A stretch of DNA of 42,677 bases, from assembly GCA_043755305.1 (NCBI GenBank), contig JAYUTD010000034.1, positions 1 to 42,677 on the forward strand. The letters run 5' to 3'. Below the pieces are notes generated by a model. It did no database searches, was not told where the DNA came from, and saw only the letters and a list, made by a program, of their open reading frames with translations. The translations under genes were made by a program, and so were the position numbers. Shown in pieces: positions 25,890 to 34,792 of this stretch (within the stretch, counting starts at the first letter, position 1; the number at the start of each line of letters is the position of its first letter). The DNA comes from Saprospiraceae bacterium (GTDB taxonomy: Bacteria > Bacteroidota > Bacteroidia > Chitinophagales > Saprospiraceae).

Positions 25890-28304
25890 CTACTCCAGAA
25901 CCATTCTTTTAATCCTATCCTCCAGCCTTTCAGAGGACATTTTTTCCCTAAGCCTGTCGACAATAATAGGAAAAGAAAAAGGGCTTGGTTTGTCTAATTT
26001 TACCATCCTGATTTTTTGGTGTTGGATCCTGTCCAATGCATTCCTCAATCTGGCTTCTTCGAGCTGAAAAGTTCTTACTTCCTCATACGTCTGAAGGTAA
26101 AGAAGATTGTCCGGTTCATATTCGTGGAATACATTGAATACAAGCTGAGAAGACGATTGCAAATGTCTTTCCTTTTTTTGTTTGCCCGGATATCCATGAA
26201 AGATTAGCCCTGAAATGATGGCAATATCTCTGAATTTTCTGCGTGCCATTTCCACGGCATTGATACTGGCTTGTATATCCTGCATCAAATCTTTATCGCT
26301 AAATAAATCGTGGTTTATATATTTTTCCAAATCTATGGATTTGTCGGAAAGTAATTCGAAGCCATAGTCGTTCATAGCCAATGAAAAGCTTATAGGCATT
26401 TTTGTGCTCAATCTTTTCCCAATCAGGGCTGCTAAACCTTCGTGCACATTTCTGCCTTCAAATGGATAAAAAATAATATGGTGGCCTTCGTCACTTTCAA
26501 AGTATTCTATTAGAAATTCGTCATTATTAGGCATTACAGATCGGCTTTTTTGCATTTCAAACAGGGGAATAAGCGCCCTCATTTCCACATCTTCTATGGT
26601 GCCTTGTACGTAGTCATTCATCTTTTCGCGCAGTACTTTTGACATCTGAGAACTCAATGGTAAACGGCCGCCCATATAAGATGGAATGCGGCTATTGACT
26701 TTTTTTGTATCCCTCACCTGTGCCGTCATGTCTTTGATCCGCACCAACTCCAAGGGCCGCCCGGCAAACCAAAAGGCGTCGCCGGGGTCTAATTGTGCTA
26801 TAAAGTATTCCTCAATGGATCCCAATCTTTTGCCTCTGACATATTTTATTTGAATCATGGCATCGCTTACGATGGTCCCAATGCTCAATTTGTGTTTGAG
26901 TGCAATGCCTTTACTTTCCACTTTATAAATACCCTCTTCCACGACTATTTTGTGGTAATCATCATAAGCGGCCAATGTTTTGCCACCATACTGAAGAAAA
27001 TTAAGCACTTGCAGCCACTCATCATGTGTCACTTCTTTAAAAGAAAAAGTGGTGAGAATCTCATTGTAAATCTTTGCGGGAACAAATCCTTCAGATACCG
27101 CAAGTGTCATCAAATACTGGACCAGCACATCAAAGGACCTTATATAGGGGATTCGCTCTTCGAGTTCTTGTCTGTAGATGGATGTGCGAAGCGCTGCTGC
27201 CTCTACCATTTCCAGAGAATGTGTAGGGCAAAAATAGATCTTGCTTACTGCACCGGGTTGATGGCCACTGCGGCCAGCACGCTGTATAAATCTGGCCACG
27301 CCTTTTGGACTGCCTATCTGGACAATGGATTCTACCGGCCTGAAATCTACCCCTAAGTCAAGGCTAGATGTACACACCACTGCTTTCAATCTACCGTCAT
27401 ACAATGCCTCTTCTACCCATTCTCTTATATCCTTGCTCAGAGACCCGTGGTGCATGGCTATCAATCCTGCCAACTCACTATCGGCTTCCAGTAATCTTTG
27501 GTACCATATCTCGCATTGTGCCCTTGTATTTGTGAAAATGAGTGTGGTTTTACTTTTGTGTATCACAGGCAATACCTGATTGAGCATAGTAATACCAAGG
27601 TGGCCTGCCCAAGGAAATTTTTCTATTGCTTCGGGAATCAATGTAATAACCTCTATTTTTTTTTGGATGTCTGCCTTGATCAACCTGATGTTTTCATGGA
27701 GGATGCCGTGCAACACCTCTATGGCTTCACTCATATTGCCAATGGTGGCAGAGATGCCCCACACTTTGAGATTTTGGTTGATGCTTCTCAGGTGGGATAA
27801 AGCCAACTCCATCTGGACACCTCTTTTTGAGCCCATCAATTCATGCCATTCATCTACAACTATTGCTTTGACAGAATTGAAAAAAGCAGGGTAGCCTTTG
27901 GTGGCTAGCATTACGTGGATGCTTTCCGGAGTAGTAATCAGGATCTGAGGTGGATTGGCCCATTGCTTCTGCCTGTTGGTAGTGGTTGTATCTCCTGACC
28001 TCATTTCCACTTTCCAATCCATGCCCAGCCCTTCTATGGCTCTTTCGGCAGCTATTTTTATTTCTTTGGCTAGTGCCCTTATAGGAGTAATCCATATCAG
28101 CTGCAGCCCTTTCTTTTCCTGCCACCCTTCCAATATAGCAGGTATCATCAAAGAATAGGTTTTGCCACTTCCGGTTGGCGCATTTACAAGCCCTGAATGG
28201 CCATCCATAAATGCATGCCATGTTTCCTCCTGAAATGTAAAAACACTCCATTCCTTAGTATGAAACCAGTCCTTTGCCTTTGATATGAGGGTGTGTTTGT
28301 CCAG
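25890..28304 (-). CDS. Lhr-like DExH-box helicase (ligase-associated DNA-damage-response helicase family)
   Basis: Walker A motif APTGSGKTYS, DExH box VVDEWHEL, motif III SAT, motif VI QRAGRSGH, and a long C-terminal DEAD-associated region. The track ORF starts at the ATG at 28208. The conserved N-terminus (LISKAKDWFHTKEWSVFTFQEETWHAF) continues in frame upstream of that ATG up to an in-frame stop at ~28353. I set the start provisionally at the CTG at 28304. Confidence 0.75.
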   Translation of the reverse strand: MDKHTLISKAKDWFHTKEWSVFTFQEETWHAFMDGHSGLVNAPTGSGKTYSLMIPAILEGWQEKKGLQLIWITPIRALAKEIKIAAERAIEGLGMDWKVEMRSGDTTTTNRQKQWANPPQILITTPESIHVMLATKGYPAFFNSVKAIVVDEWHELMGSKRGVQMELALSHLRSINQNLKVWGISATIGNMSEAIEVLHGILHENIRLIKADIQKKIEVITLIPEAIEKFPWAGHLGITMLNQVLPVIHKSKTTLIFTNTRAQCEIWYQRLLEADSELAGLIAMHHGSLSKDIREWVEEALYDGRLKAVVCTSSLDLGVDFRPVESIVQIGSPKGVARFIQRAGRSGHQPGAVSKIYFCPTHSLEMVEAAALRTSIYRQELEERIPYIRSFDVLVQYLMTLAVSEGFVPAKIYNEILTTFSFKEVTHDEWLQVLNFLQYGGKTLAAYDDYHKIVVEEGIYKVESKGIALKHKLSIGTIVSDAMIQIKYVRGKRLGSIEEYFIAQLDPGDAFWFAGRPLELVRIKDMTAQVRDTKKVNSRIPSYMGGRLPLSSQMSKVLREKMNDYVQGTIEDVEMRALIPLFEMQKSRSVMPNNDEFLIEYFESDEGHHIIFYPFEGRNVHEGLAALIGKRLSTKMPISFSLAMNDYGFELLSDKSIDLEKYINHDLFSDKDLMQDIQASINAVEMARRKFRDIAIISGLIFHGYPGKQKKERHLQSSSQLVFNVFHEYEPDNLLYLQTYEEVRTFQLEEARLRNALDRIQHQKIRMVKLDKPSPFSFPIIVDRLREKMSSERLEDRIKRMVLE

Positions 28305-28358
28305 AAAAATGAGTATCTTGTAGAAACGAAATAGAATTTTAGCAATTTTAGTTTATTT

Positions 28359-29015
28359 TTGGGACATTATTCTGATGATATTATAAAATTGCATCCAAAT
28401 TTTATTCCGGAAGACTTTTATATTTCATCAAGGTTGAATGAATACAAAAATAAATTAAAAATAGCGCCCTTGAGTATCAAATTTAATTCGCCTGTAATAC
28501 TTACTTATGCACTGATATGCAGCTTCGTATTTTTTTTTGACAAGCTATTCGGTTTTAGTATAATGTCATTGTTCACTTTTTTCAACAACGTGGACTTTAC
28601 TAACCCGGTCAATATTTTCAGGTTGGTAAGCCACATCGCCGGACATATGTCATTGGAGCATTTGATGGGAAATATGACCTTCATCCTGCTTCTGGGCCCG
28701 ATAGTGGAAGAAAGGTATGGCTCGAAGAAAACGCTTGGTATGATTTTAGTTACTGCTTTAATTACTGCAATCATGAATTTGTTTTTTTTCAATACAGGAC
28801 TTATTGGGGCTAGTGGCATAGTATTTATGCTTATCGTCCTTGTGTCATTTACCAATGTCAAATCGGGCCAAATTCCGGTGACTTTTATTTTGGTCGCACT
28901 ATTATTTGTAGGTAAAGAATTGCTGAACAGTCTATGGGCAGACAATATTTCTCAATTTGCACACATTATGGGTGGAGCTTGCGGCGGAGTATTTGGTTTT
29001 CTGGGAAAGCGGTAA
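28359..29015 (+). CDS. Rhomboid family intramembrane serine protease
   Basis: Has six predicted TM segments. The motifs are HIAGHMSLEHLMGNM (the rhomboid H..H...N region), the catalytic GASGIVFMLIV (GxSG), and the His in HIMGGACGGVFG. TTG start. Confidence 0.8.
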   Translation: MGHYSDDIIKLHPNFIPEDFYISSRLNEYKNKLKIAPLSIKFNSPVILTYALICSFVFFFDKLFGFSIMSLFTFFNNVDFTNPVNIFRLVSHIAGHMSLEHLMGNMTFILLLGPIVEERYGSKKTLGMILVTALITAIMNLFFFNTGLIGASGIVFMLIVLVSFTNVKSGQIPVTFILVALLFVGKELLNSLWADNISQFAHIMGGACGGVFGFLGKR

Positions 29016-29044
29016 AACAAATCCAGAAAGAATCGTTAATTGGG

Positions 29045-32000
29045 CTAAAAGTCATACCCTATACCTAAGAATATTTTCTTCGGTAGAATCTTTTTTGTTT
29101 CCACCCCATTGGCAATATCAAGTCTGAGATAGTAGCCAAGCAACTGTGTTCTAAATCCATAACCAAATCCATATACCAATGGATCCCTAAAATACTGGAT
29201 ATCCAGATCAATCAAAGGGCCATCAATTTGCACTGTATTGAGTGGATTATCTTTTGAATACGGGCTACTGCCATACCAGGCCAGGCCTGCATCTGCAAAT
29301 CCGACTACCTGAAAGTTTCTGAAGAAAGCGGCTCCTTTTTCTTTGCCCAATATATATCTGAATAGCGGTACCCTAAATTCGATATTGGTCAGTGCATAAT
29401 TTGATCCATTCCTTATGTTGCTATCGAAACCGCGGAGATGTGGCACATTGGATTTATAGGCAAATTCATCTCCATTGTTGGGCAATGCAATGTCATTGTT
29501 AAAAGAAGGAAAAATATTGTTGTTAATACCACCTAAGTAGTAAATGTTTTTCTTAGTACCCATGGAGAAAGCGGAAGTAGCCCTTAATGCAAGCACACTG
29601 TGTTCAAGCAATGGTATATAATGTCTGGCATCAATGCCTATCGCAGAGGTAAAGCCTTTGTTGAAAGCAATTTTTAATCCATTGTTCAATTCAAAGTTAA
29701 ATTGATTTTGAACATCAGTATAGATTTTGATTCTTGTACCATGAATAATATTGATTGAATTTTCAAAACTATTGTCATATACATATTCAAACCTCACTCC
29801 TACCCTTTTTTCATAATTTGGCGGAGTACTAAGCGTACCTATTTCACTGCTTTTCAAGTATTGTTTGTCGAATCTCAAAAAAGCACTACCTCTAAAACTC
29901 TGGTAAATGTCTATTGGGTATTTAAGTTTGTACATACCCATAAGAATTTTTTTCTTTGATATTATCGCAGGTATAAATTCATCATTTGATTTTTCTGTAT
30001 AATTTCTCAAATAAATAGAGATGCTTCTATCTATTAGTTTTTTTTCATTGTCAAAATTGACAAAATATTCTGCCCCATCTAAGCTTGTAGCAAGTCGGGT
30101 ACCCACTTCGACTTTGTAATCTTCAAATAAATCAGTGACTGAAGCCTTGGCAAGAAAGCCCATGGGCAGTTGCCCTACTGCATTATTAAGTCCCTGAGCC
30201 AACTCCATACCTTCAAATAAGACTTCATTGTCCATCCTGGCAGTAAGTTTGTCAATTCTAAATTTTAATCCGGCTGCTGTTACCAAAGTATTTTGGAGGG
30301 GTTTTAATCCCTTATTGATACTTCTGTCCTCTTCTGCTACTTCTTTGATAGTGTTTTGTAAGACTTCGCTTTGTATGCTTATGGAAGGGGACAGGTCTTT
30401 AAAAGTAGATTGGAATTGAAGGTTTTCAGGGATTTCCTGGTATTGAACAGGCGAATTTTTAAGTTGCACGGTGCTTTTATTTTTCAATTGCATATACTGT
30501 GTTACAAATGCAGTATTGGCCTCCAATGCTTTAATTGGAGATTTAAACACTTTGTACTTGCCGTCATGGTACAATGTGTAGTAATATTCTTTGCCATTTT
30601 CATGCATCGAATGCCTGATGATATTTCTGCTTAGGTTAGTCATACATTCAGGGCTTCCTTCCTTAAGATCGACAGCATAAAGATTGTTGATACCTGAAAT
30701 ATTGCTAAGATAATAAACCTTACCATTATTGTATAAAGGGTATCTTTCATCCTGATCCGGAGTTGCAGATATTCTGGTCAACGACTTACTAATTTTTTTG
30801 ATGTCTTCCTTGCTGGTTATATTTGCAAGATCATAATAAAACAGATCAAAATTGCTTAGTGGAAGTAAAGTGTCCAATTTCATAGGAAATATATGGTCTA
30901 CTGTGCGATTGGAACTAAAAAGTATGCCTTTTTTTCCATCGTAATGAATGATCGACGCATCAAGGTCATCAAAGTAATCATTCGTTAGTTGTATCGTTTC
31001 CCTTTCCTTTGTATCATATACTATAAGGTCTCCGAGTCCATCCACTGATGCGTTGATAAGCAAATACCTATCATCAATGTAGGAGATGGAATATATCCTT
31101 TGGAATTCTTCCGGTAAAAGTTGCTCCTGGTATTTACCTGTTGCTGCATCGTACTTCCTCAGATAAATTTTATCCTTTTTTTGAAAGGTCAGGATAAACT
31201 CTTTCCCTGAGGCATGCCAGGCAAGATGAGGGTACTCATAGTCTATCTCCTGAAATTTATTTTTGTAACCAAGTCTCAATATTTTTCGCGATTTATCCTC
31301 TTTAGCATCATAAATATATATTTTTACTTTGCTGAGTTGATTGGTAGCATAAATTAACTTCGAACCATCTTGATTGGCGGAGAGAACAGAAATGGGGATG
31401 TACTTTTTATTTTTTAGTTTCAATTCTTTACCCGGGAAATCATCAAATTTTCCTTTTTCAAAAGCAAACTTTGCACGGTAAAAATTAGCCCAATCTGAAT
31501 ACAACTGTTTTAGATTGGTATTCAGCACAAATTCTACACTCCTGTCAAAATTTCGTGAAATGCGTGTAAGGTATAGAAGATTGGAAATAGTGGATTTACC
31601 ATAGTTGTTCTTTAAGAAGTACCACATGGAGTGGCCTGCCACTCTTGGATGGCGTCGGGATAAATTTAAATATTTATAGGTTTTTTCATCTCTTTCCAGA
31701 ATGTCTCTAAGTTCGTCTTCTATAAGAATATTCCATTGATTGCCCGCATAAGATATGAAACCCGGCTTGTACCATGAAGGGAAGTCAAGGAGTACTGCAT
31801 TTTGCAATACTTCCTGCACATTGCTGCCAAACTGCATAGATGAAAAGTAAACCAGTGCTATTCCTTCCTTTATTTTTTCCCTTAGATGCTCGTGATTGCC
31901 ATCAAAATAAACCAACATTTTGTTGCCAACTATTTTGGTTTCGCCGGATTCTGATGTCAATAATTCTTCGGATCCTATATTCGATTGCTTGAGGTCACCG

Positions 32001-32296
32001 AGATCAACATAGACCAATATTTCGATTTTATCACTGAGTCTGTGTTCTATATTCTTTCGTATGTCGTCATGGTCAAGTTCAGCCATCTGCATTACAGTAT
32101 GCGCTATGTTTTTGCCTTTACCATACCAATAAATAATAAAATTGTCGCTCTCATATTGTGACCAATACTTAAAGTCATTGTTGTACTGCACCCTGTTTTT
32201 ACCAAATTTTGTATCAAAACTTTGGCCCAATAAAACCGAATGCCAAAAACCAATGGCAATAAAAAGCGCTATTTTTTTTGAACTTTTGAAAAACAT
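29045..32296 (-). CDS. Large outer-membrane protein: N-terminal domain, TolB/PD40-like beta-propeller region and a C-terminal Omp85-type barrel
   Basis: 1083 aa with a signal peptide. The conserved opening is FGKNRVQYNNDFKYWSQYESDNFIIYWYG. The central segments are repetitive and propeller-like. The C-terminus carries Omp85 loop-6 and barrel motifs (HLRGFDSNIRNGSNYALTNIEFRVPLF; VVGFADAGLAWYG) and ends in GIGYDF. I saw no obvious POTRA repeats. Confidence 0.5.
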   Translation of the reverse strand: MFFKSSKKIALFIAIGFWHSVLLGQSFDTKFGKNRVQYNNDFKYWSQYESDNFIIYWYGKGKNIAHTVMQMAELDHDDIRKNIEHRLSDKIEILVYVDLGDLKQSNIGSEELLTSESGETKIVGNKMLVYFDGNHEHLREKIKEGIALVYFSSMQFGSNVQEVLQNAVLLDFPSWYKPGFISYAGNQWNILIEDELRDILERDEKTYKYLNLSRRHPRVAGHSMWYFLKNNYGKSTISNLLYLTRISRNFDRSVEFVLNTNLKQLYSDWANFYRAKFAFEKGKFDDFPGKELKLKNKKYIPISVLSANQDGSKLIYATNQLSKVKIYIYDAKEDKSRKILRLGYKNKFQEIDYEYPHLAWHASGKEFILTFQKKDKIYLRKYDAATGKYQEQLLPEEFQRIYSISYIDDRYLLINASVDGLGDLIVYDTKERETIQLTNDYFDDLDASIIHYDGKKGILFSSNRTVDHIFPMKLDTLLPLSNFDLFYYDLANITSKEDIKKISKSLTRISATPDQDERYPLYNNGKVYYLSNISGINNLYAVDLKEGSPECMTNLSRNIIRHSMHENGKEYYYTLYHDGKYKVFKSPIKALEANTAFVTQYMQLKNKSTVQLKNSPVQYQEIPENLQFQSTFKDLSPSISIQSEVLQNTIKEVAEEDRSINKGLKPLQNTLVTAAGLKFRIDKLTARMDNEVLFEGMELAQGLNNAVGQLPMGFLAKASVTDLFEDYKVEVGTRLATSLDGAEYFVNFDNEKKLIDRSISIYLRNYTEKSNDEFIPAIISKKKILMGMYKLKYPIDIYQSFRGSAFLRFDKQYLKSSEIGTLSTPPNYEKRVGVRFEYVYDNSFENSINIIHGTRIKIYTDVQNQFNFELNNGLKIAFNKGFTSAIGIDARHYIPLLEHSVLALRATSAFSMGTKKNIYYLGGINNNIFPSFNNDIALPNNGDEFAYKSNVPHLRGFDSNIRNGSNYALTNIEFRVPLFRYILGKEKGAAFFRNFQVVGFADAGLAWYGSSPYSKDNPLNTVQIDGPLIDLDIQYFRDPLVYGFGYGFRTQLLGYYLRLDIANGVETKKILPKKIFLGIGYDF

Positions 32297-32304
32297 GAAA
32301 CCAA

Positions 32305-32505
32305 TTACATTACTTCAAAACTTAGTTTAAGATTGACCCTGTATTCAGTAACCTTTCCATCATGGACTACTACGCTTTGGTTTTGGACAAAAGCCGACTT
32401 TATCCCTTTTACCGTTTGAGCGGCCTTAGCAACACCCACTGCTGTAGCGTCTTCCCAGCTTTTTGGAGAGGAAGCCATAATTTCTATTACTTTTAAAACT
32501 GCCAT
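32305..32505 (-). CDS. Dodecin family flavin-binding protein
   Basis: 66 aa. The sequence KVIEIMASSPKSWEDATAVGVAKAAQTVKGIKSAFVQNQSVVVHDGKVTEYRVNLKLSFEV matches the dodecin pattern (S..SWEDA....V..A..T...I....V.......DGK...Y.V.LK.SF). It ends 8 nt upstream of the 1083-aa gene. Confidence 0.75.
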   Translation of the reverse strand: MAVLKVIEIMASSPKSWEDATAVGVAKAAQTVKGIKSAFVQNQSVVVHDGKVTEYRVNLKLSFEVM

Positions 32506-33406
32506 TAGTTTTTGATTTATATGTGTAATTAAGAATATTAAGCGAATATAATGAAAAAAATTGACACCAATTTAATTTACAATACGAAGTTTACCGATTT
32601 CTGCCTTTATAATGTTTAAAACAAGGGCATGTCCGGATAGAACTATATTTTCCCACAGCTAGGGCAATTGGTGCCATTGTATGAAGTGCCTTCTATCCGG
32701 CTAAACCATAACGTAAGTAATGGCGGAACACAATAGTGTGTATGAAAGTTGATTCAATTGAGTGAAATTCTTTGGTAAGATGAAGAAGCCCGATAAAATG
32801 AAAGCCAATCCACGTGTGATGGAGCTGTGTTTGTGGTTGCCATCATTGTCTTGGGTTACTTACCCAATGATAAAAGAAAAATAGGCTTACGACGGTGATG
32901 GTCGATTTTACAAGACGGCTGGTTGATGCCTGCGAAAATGGGCGGTAATGAAACGATTGAGTTATTTGTCCATATTGCATACTTACTATCCCATTGCTTT
33001 GATTTACTGCTATTTATAAGTCATTGGTCCTAATTTATTGGTATTTTAGTAAAAAACAAAATAGGAAACTTTTTGATTGAATCCCTGACAAGACAGGACT
33101 AATTTTGCAATATCTTCTTAAAGATTGCGAAAGCCCAGTATTTTTTAAGAACAATGCCAAAAGAACAAGTCGGAATTTTAAGGCGATATAGAAATGTTTA
33201 TAATGCAATACCGGAGGTAAAAACAAGATTCCTTTTAAAAAAAACATTGGATAATTTGATTTTCCATATTTACGACTCCCTTTTCAATAAATTATGTATC
33301 CACAAATCTTCTTAGTTGAGTCTGTAATAATAATTTTAATTATATAAATTTCCCTGTATAGCGAATTAGCGCAGAATTAATCTGACTAATTCACTATTTT
33401 TAGCCC

Positions 33407-33793
33407 ATGAAACAGGATCTCTTTCAGTTTGCATTGGTGGTCAAAGACTATGATGAAGCCATTCAATTTTATACCAATAAATTAAAATTTGAGCTGGTTG
33501 AAGACACTGTAATGAGTGAGTCCAAAAGGTGGGTGGTGGTAAAGCCCACCGGTTCATCATGCAGTATTCTTCTGGCCAAAGCAGCCAATGACGAGCAAAT
33601 AACAAGGATCGGCAATCAGACAGGTGGTCGGGTTTTTCTATTTCTCCATACTGACGATATCGAGCGGGACAACCAAAATTTACTGGCATGTGGCGTGCAC
33701 ATTCACAGGCCATTGAGTGTTGAATCTTTTGGCAAGGTGCTTGTCTTCGCTGATCTTTATGGCAATCTATGGGATCTAATACAACCTCATTGA
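33407..33793 (+). CDS. VOC (glyoxalase/bleomycin-resistance/dioxygenase) family protein
   Basis: 128 aa. The betaalphabetabetabeta-module pattern FALVVKDYDEAIQFYTNKLKFELVED...RVFLFLHTDDIERD...FADLYGNLWDLIQP is typical of small VOC proteins. Confidence 0.7.
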   Translation: MKQDLFQFALVVKDYDEAIQFYTNKLKFELVEDTVMSESKRWVVVKPTGSSCSILLAKAANDEQITRIGNQTGGRVFLFLHTDDIERDNQNLLACGVHIHRPLSVESFGKVLVFADLYGNLWDLIQPH

Positions 33794-34780
33794 ATGAAGC
33801 GACTATTTATTACCATAGTATGCTCCATTGCATTAAACCTGGATGTCAAAAGTCAGGATACGCTATCCACAAAAATACATTTTTTTGAAAACGCTGTTAC
33901 TTACAATAAAACAAGGTTTAAGTATGCATTTGGTTTTGCTACCGGCGCTTACGTGGCATTTAGCGTAGGTTTTTACAATGCGTGGTATGCCAATTATCCA
34001 CAGTCAAAGTTTCATACATTCAATGATTGGGGTGAATGGAGTCAAATGGACAAGGCCGGTCATGTATTCTCCGGTTACTTCCAAAGTTTATTTTGCTACA
34101 ACGGTGCAAAGTGGACCGGCTTATCTGAAAACAAGTCCATTGCCACTGGTCTCATTGCCGGGGCTCTGTTTCAATCCACCATTGAGATTATGGATGGCTT
34201 TAGCAAAGAATGGGGTTTTTCCGCACCGGATGTTGGGGCCAATATAGTAGGCCTGTCTGCTTTCTACGCCCAACAGAAAGTCTGGAAAGAACAACGGATT
34301 ACGCTAAAAGAAAGCAGTTGGCCAAGAAATTATAGCAATGCTATTATTGAATCAACAAATGGCATGGATTACACTACAGAAAAACTCAGGGCCAAAGAAT
34401 TATTTGGTGCTTCTTGGGGTGAACGGGCACTCAAGGATTACAATGTCCAGACTTATTGGGCGTCTGTAAATATCAAGAGTTTTTTTCCGGAGAGCAATTG
34501 GCCTGATTGGGCAAATATAGCCATTGGTTATGGTGCCGAAAACCTGTACGGCGGATTTGACAATAAATGGATTAGTAAAAACAACAATGCCTATGACTAT
34601 TCATCAAAAACAAGATCCCGCCAAATTTATCTGGCATTGGATTATGATCTTAGAAAAATTAAAATAAAAAACCATTTTATCAAAGCTCTACTGAATACAC
34701 TCAACATCTATAAATTCCCTGCTCCGGCTATAGAATACAATACTCAAGAGGGATTCAAATTTCACCTTATTCTTTATTAA
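33794..34780 (+). CDS. DUF2279-like periplasmic/outer-membrane protein
   Basis: 328 aa with a signal peptide. The motif DKAGHVFSGY followed by a Gly/Ala-rich hydrophobic stretch resembles DUF2279 (YfiM-like). The ATG directly abuts the VOC stop codon (TGAATG). Confidence 0.45.
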   Translation: MKRLFITIVCSIALNLDVKSQDTLSTKIHFFENAVTYNKTRFKYAFGFATGAYVAFSVGFYNAWYANYPQSKFHTFNDWGEWSQMDKAGHVFSGYFQSLFCYNGAKWTGLSENKSIATGLIAGALFQSTIEIMDGFSKEWGFSAPDVGANIVGLSAFYAQQKVWKEQRITLKESSWPRNYSNAIIESTNGMDYTTEKLRAKELFGASWGERALKDYNVQTYWASVNIKSFFPESNWPDWANIAIGYGAENLYGGFDNKWISKNNNAYDYSSKTRSRQIYLALDYDLRKIKIKNHFIKALLNTLNIYKFPAPAIEYNTQEGFKFHLILY

Positions 34781-34792
34781 TGCCTTTGTACC

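Noticed and set aside
27850-28251. A 133-aa minus-strand ORF overlapping the helicase 5-prime end, as evidence of a frameshifted pseudogene
   Set aside because: The helicase-like sequence continues upstream in the same frame as the main ORF, not in this frame. The 133-aa product is Arg/Cys/Ser-rich junk, so there is no frameshift, only a non-ATG start problem.
32766-32870. A 34-codon ORF (MKKPDKMKANPRVMELCLWLPSLSWVTYPMIKEK) in the long spacer as a small membrane peptide
   Set aside because: It has no promoter box or conserved context that I can see, and it overlaps the best local hairpins. It cannot be supported without conservation or ribosome-profiling data.
32600-33000. RNase P RNA, tmRNA, SRP RNA, or a TPP or FMN riboswitch in the long spacer
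   Set aside because: Only superficial resemblances exist: GTCCGG..AGGGCA..GGTGCC to the RNase P P4-P7 region, CTGGTTGATGCCTGCG to the TPP P4-P5 helix, and CCGGATAGAAGG to the RFN 3-prime end. The obligatory partners are absent: GGAAAGTCCGG/ACAGAA..CCGGCTTA pairing, CTGAGA, GGGCAGGGTGAAATTCCC, and a tRNA-like 3-prime end. The GTCCGG segment is instead consumed by a local perfect 10-bp hairpin.
33295-33304. A DnaA-box-like sequence (GTATCCACA) upstream of the VOC gene as a hint of oriC
   Set aside because: It is a single 8/9 match with no cluster of boxes, no AT-rich unwinding element pattern, and no dnaA/dnaN nearby.
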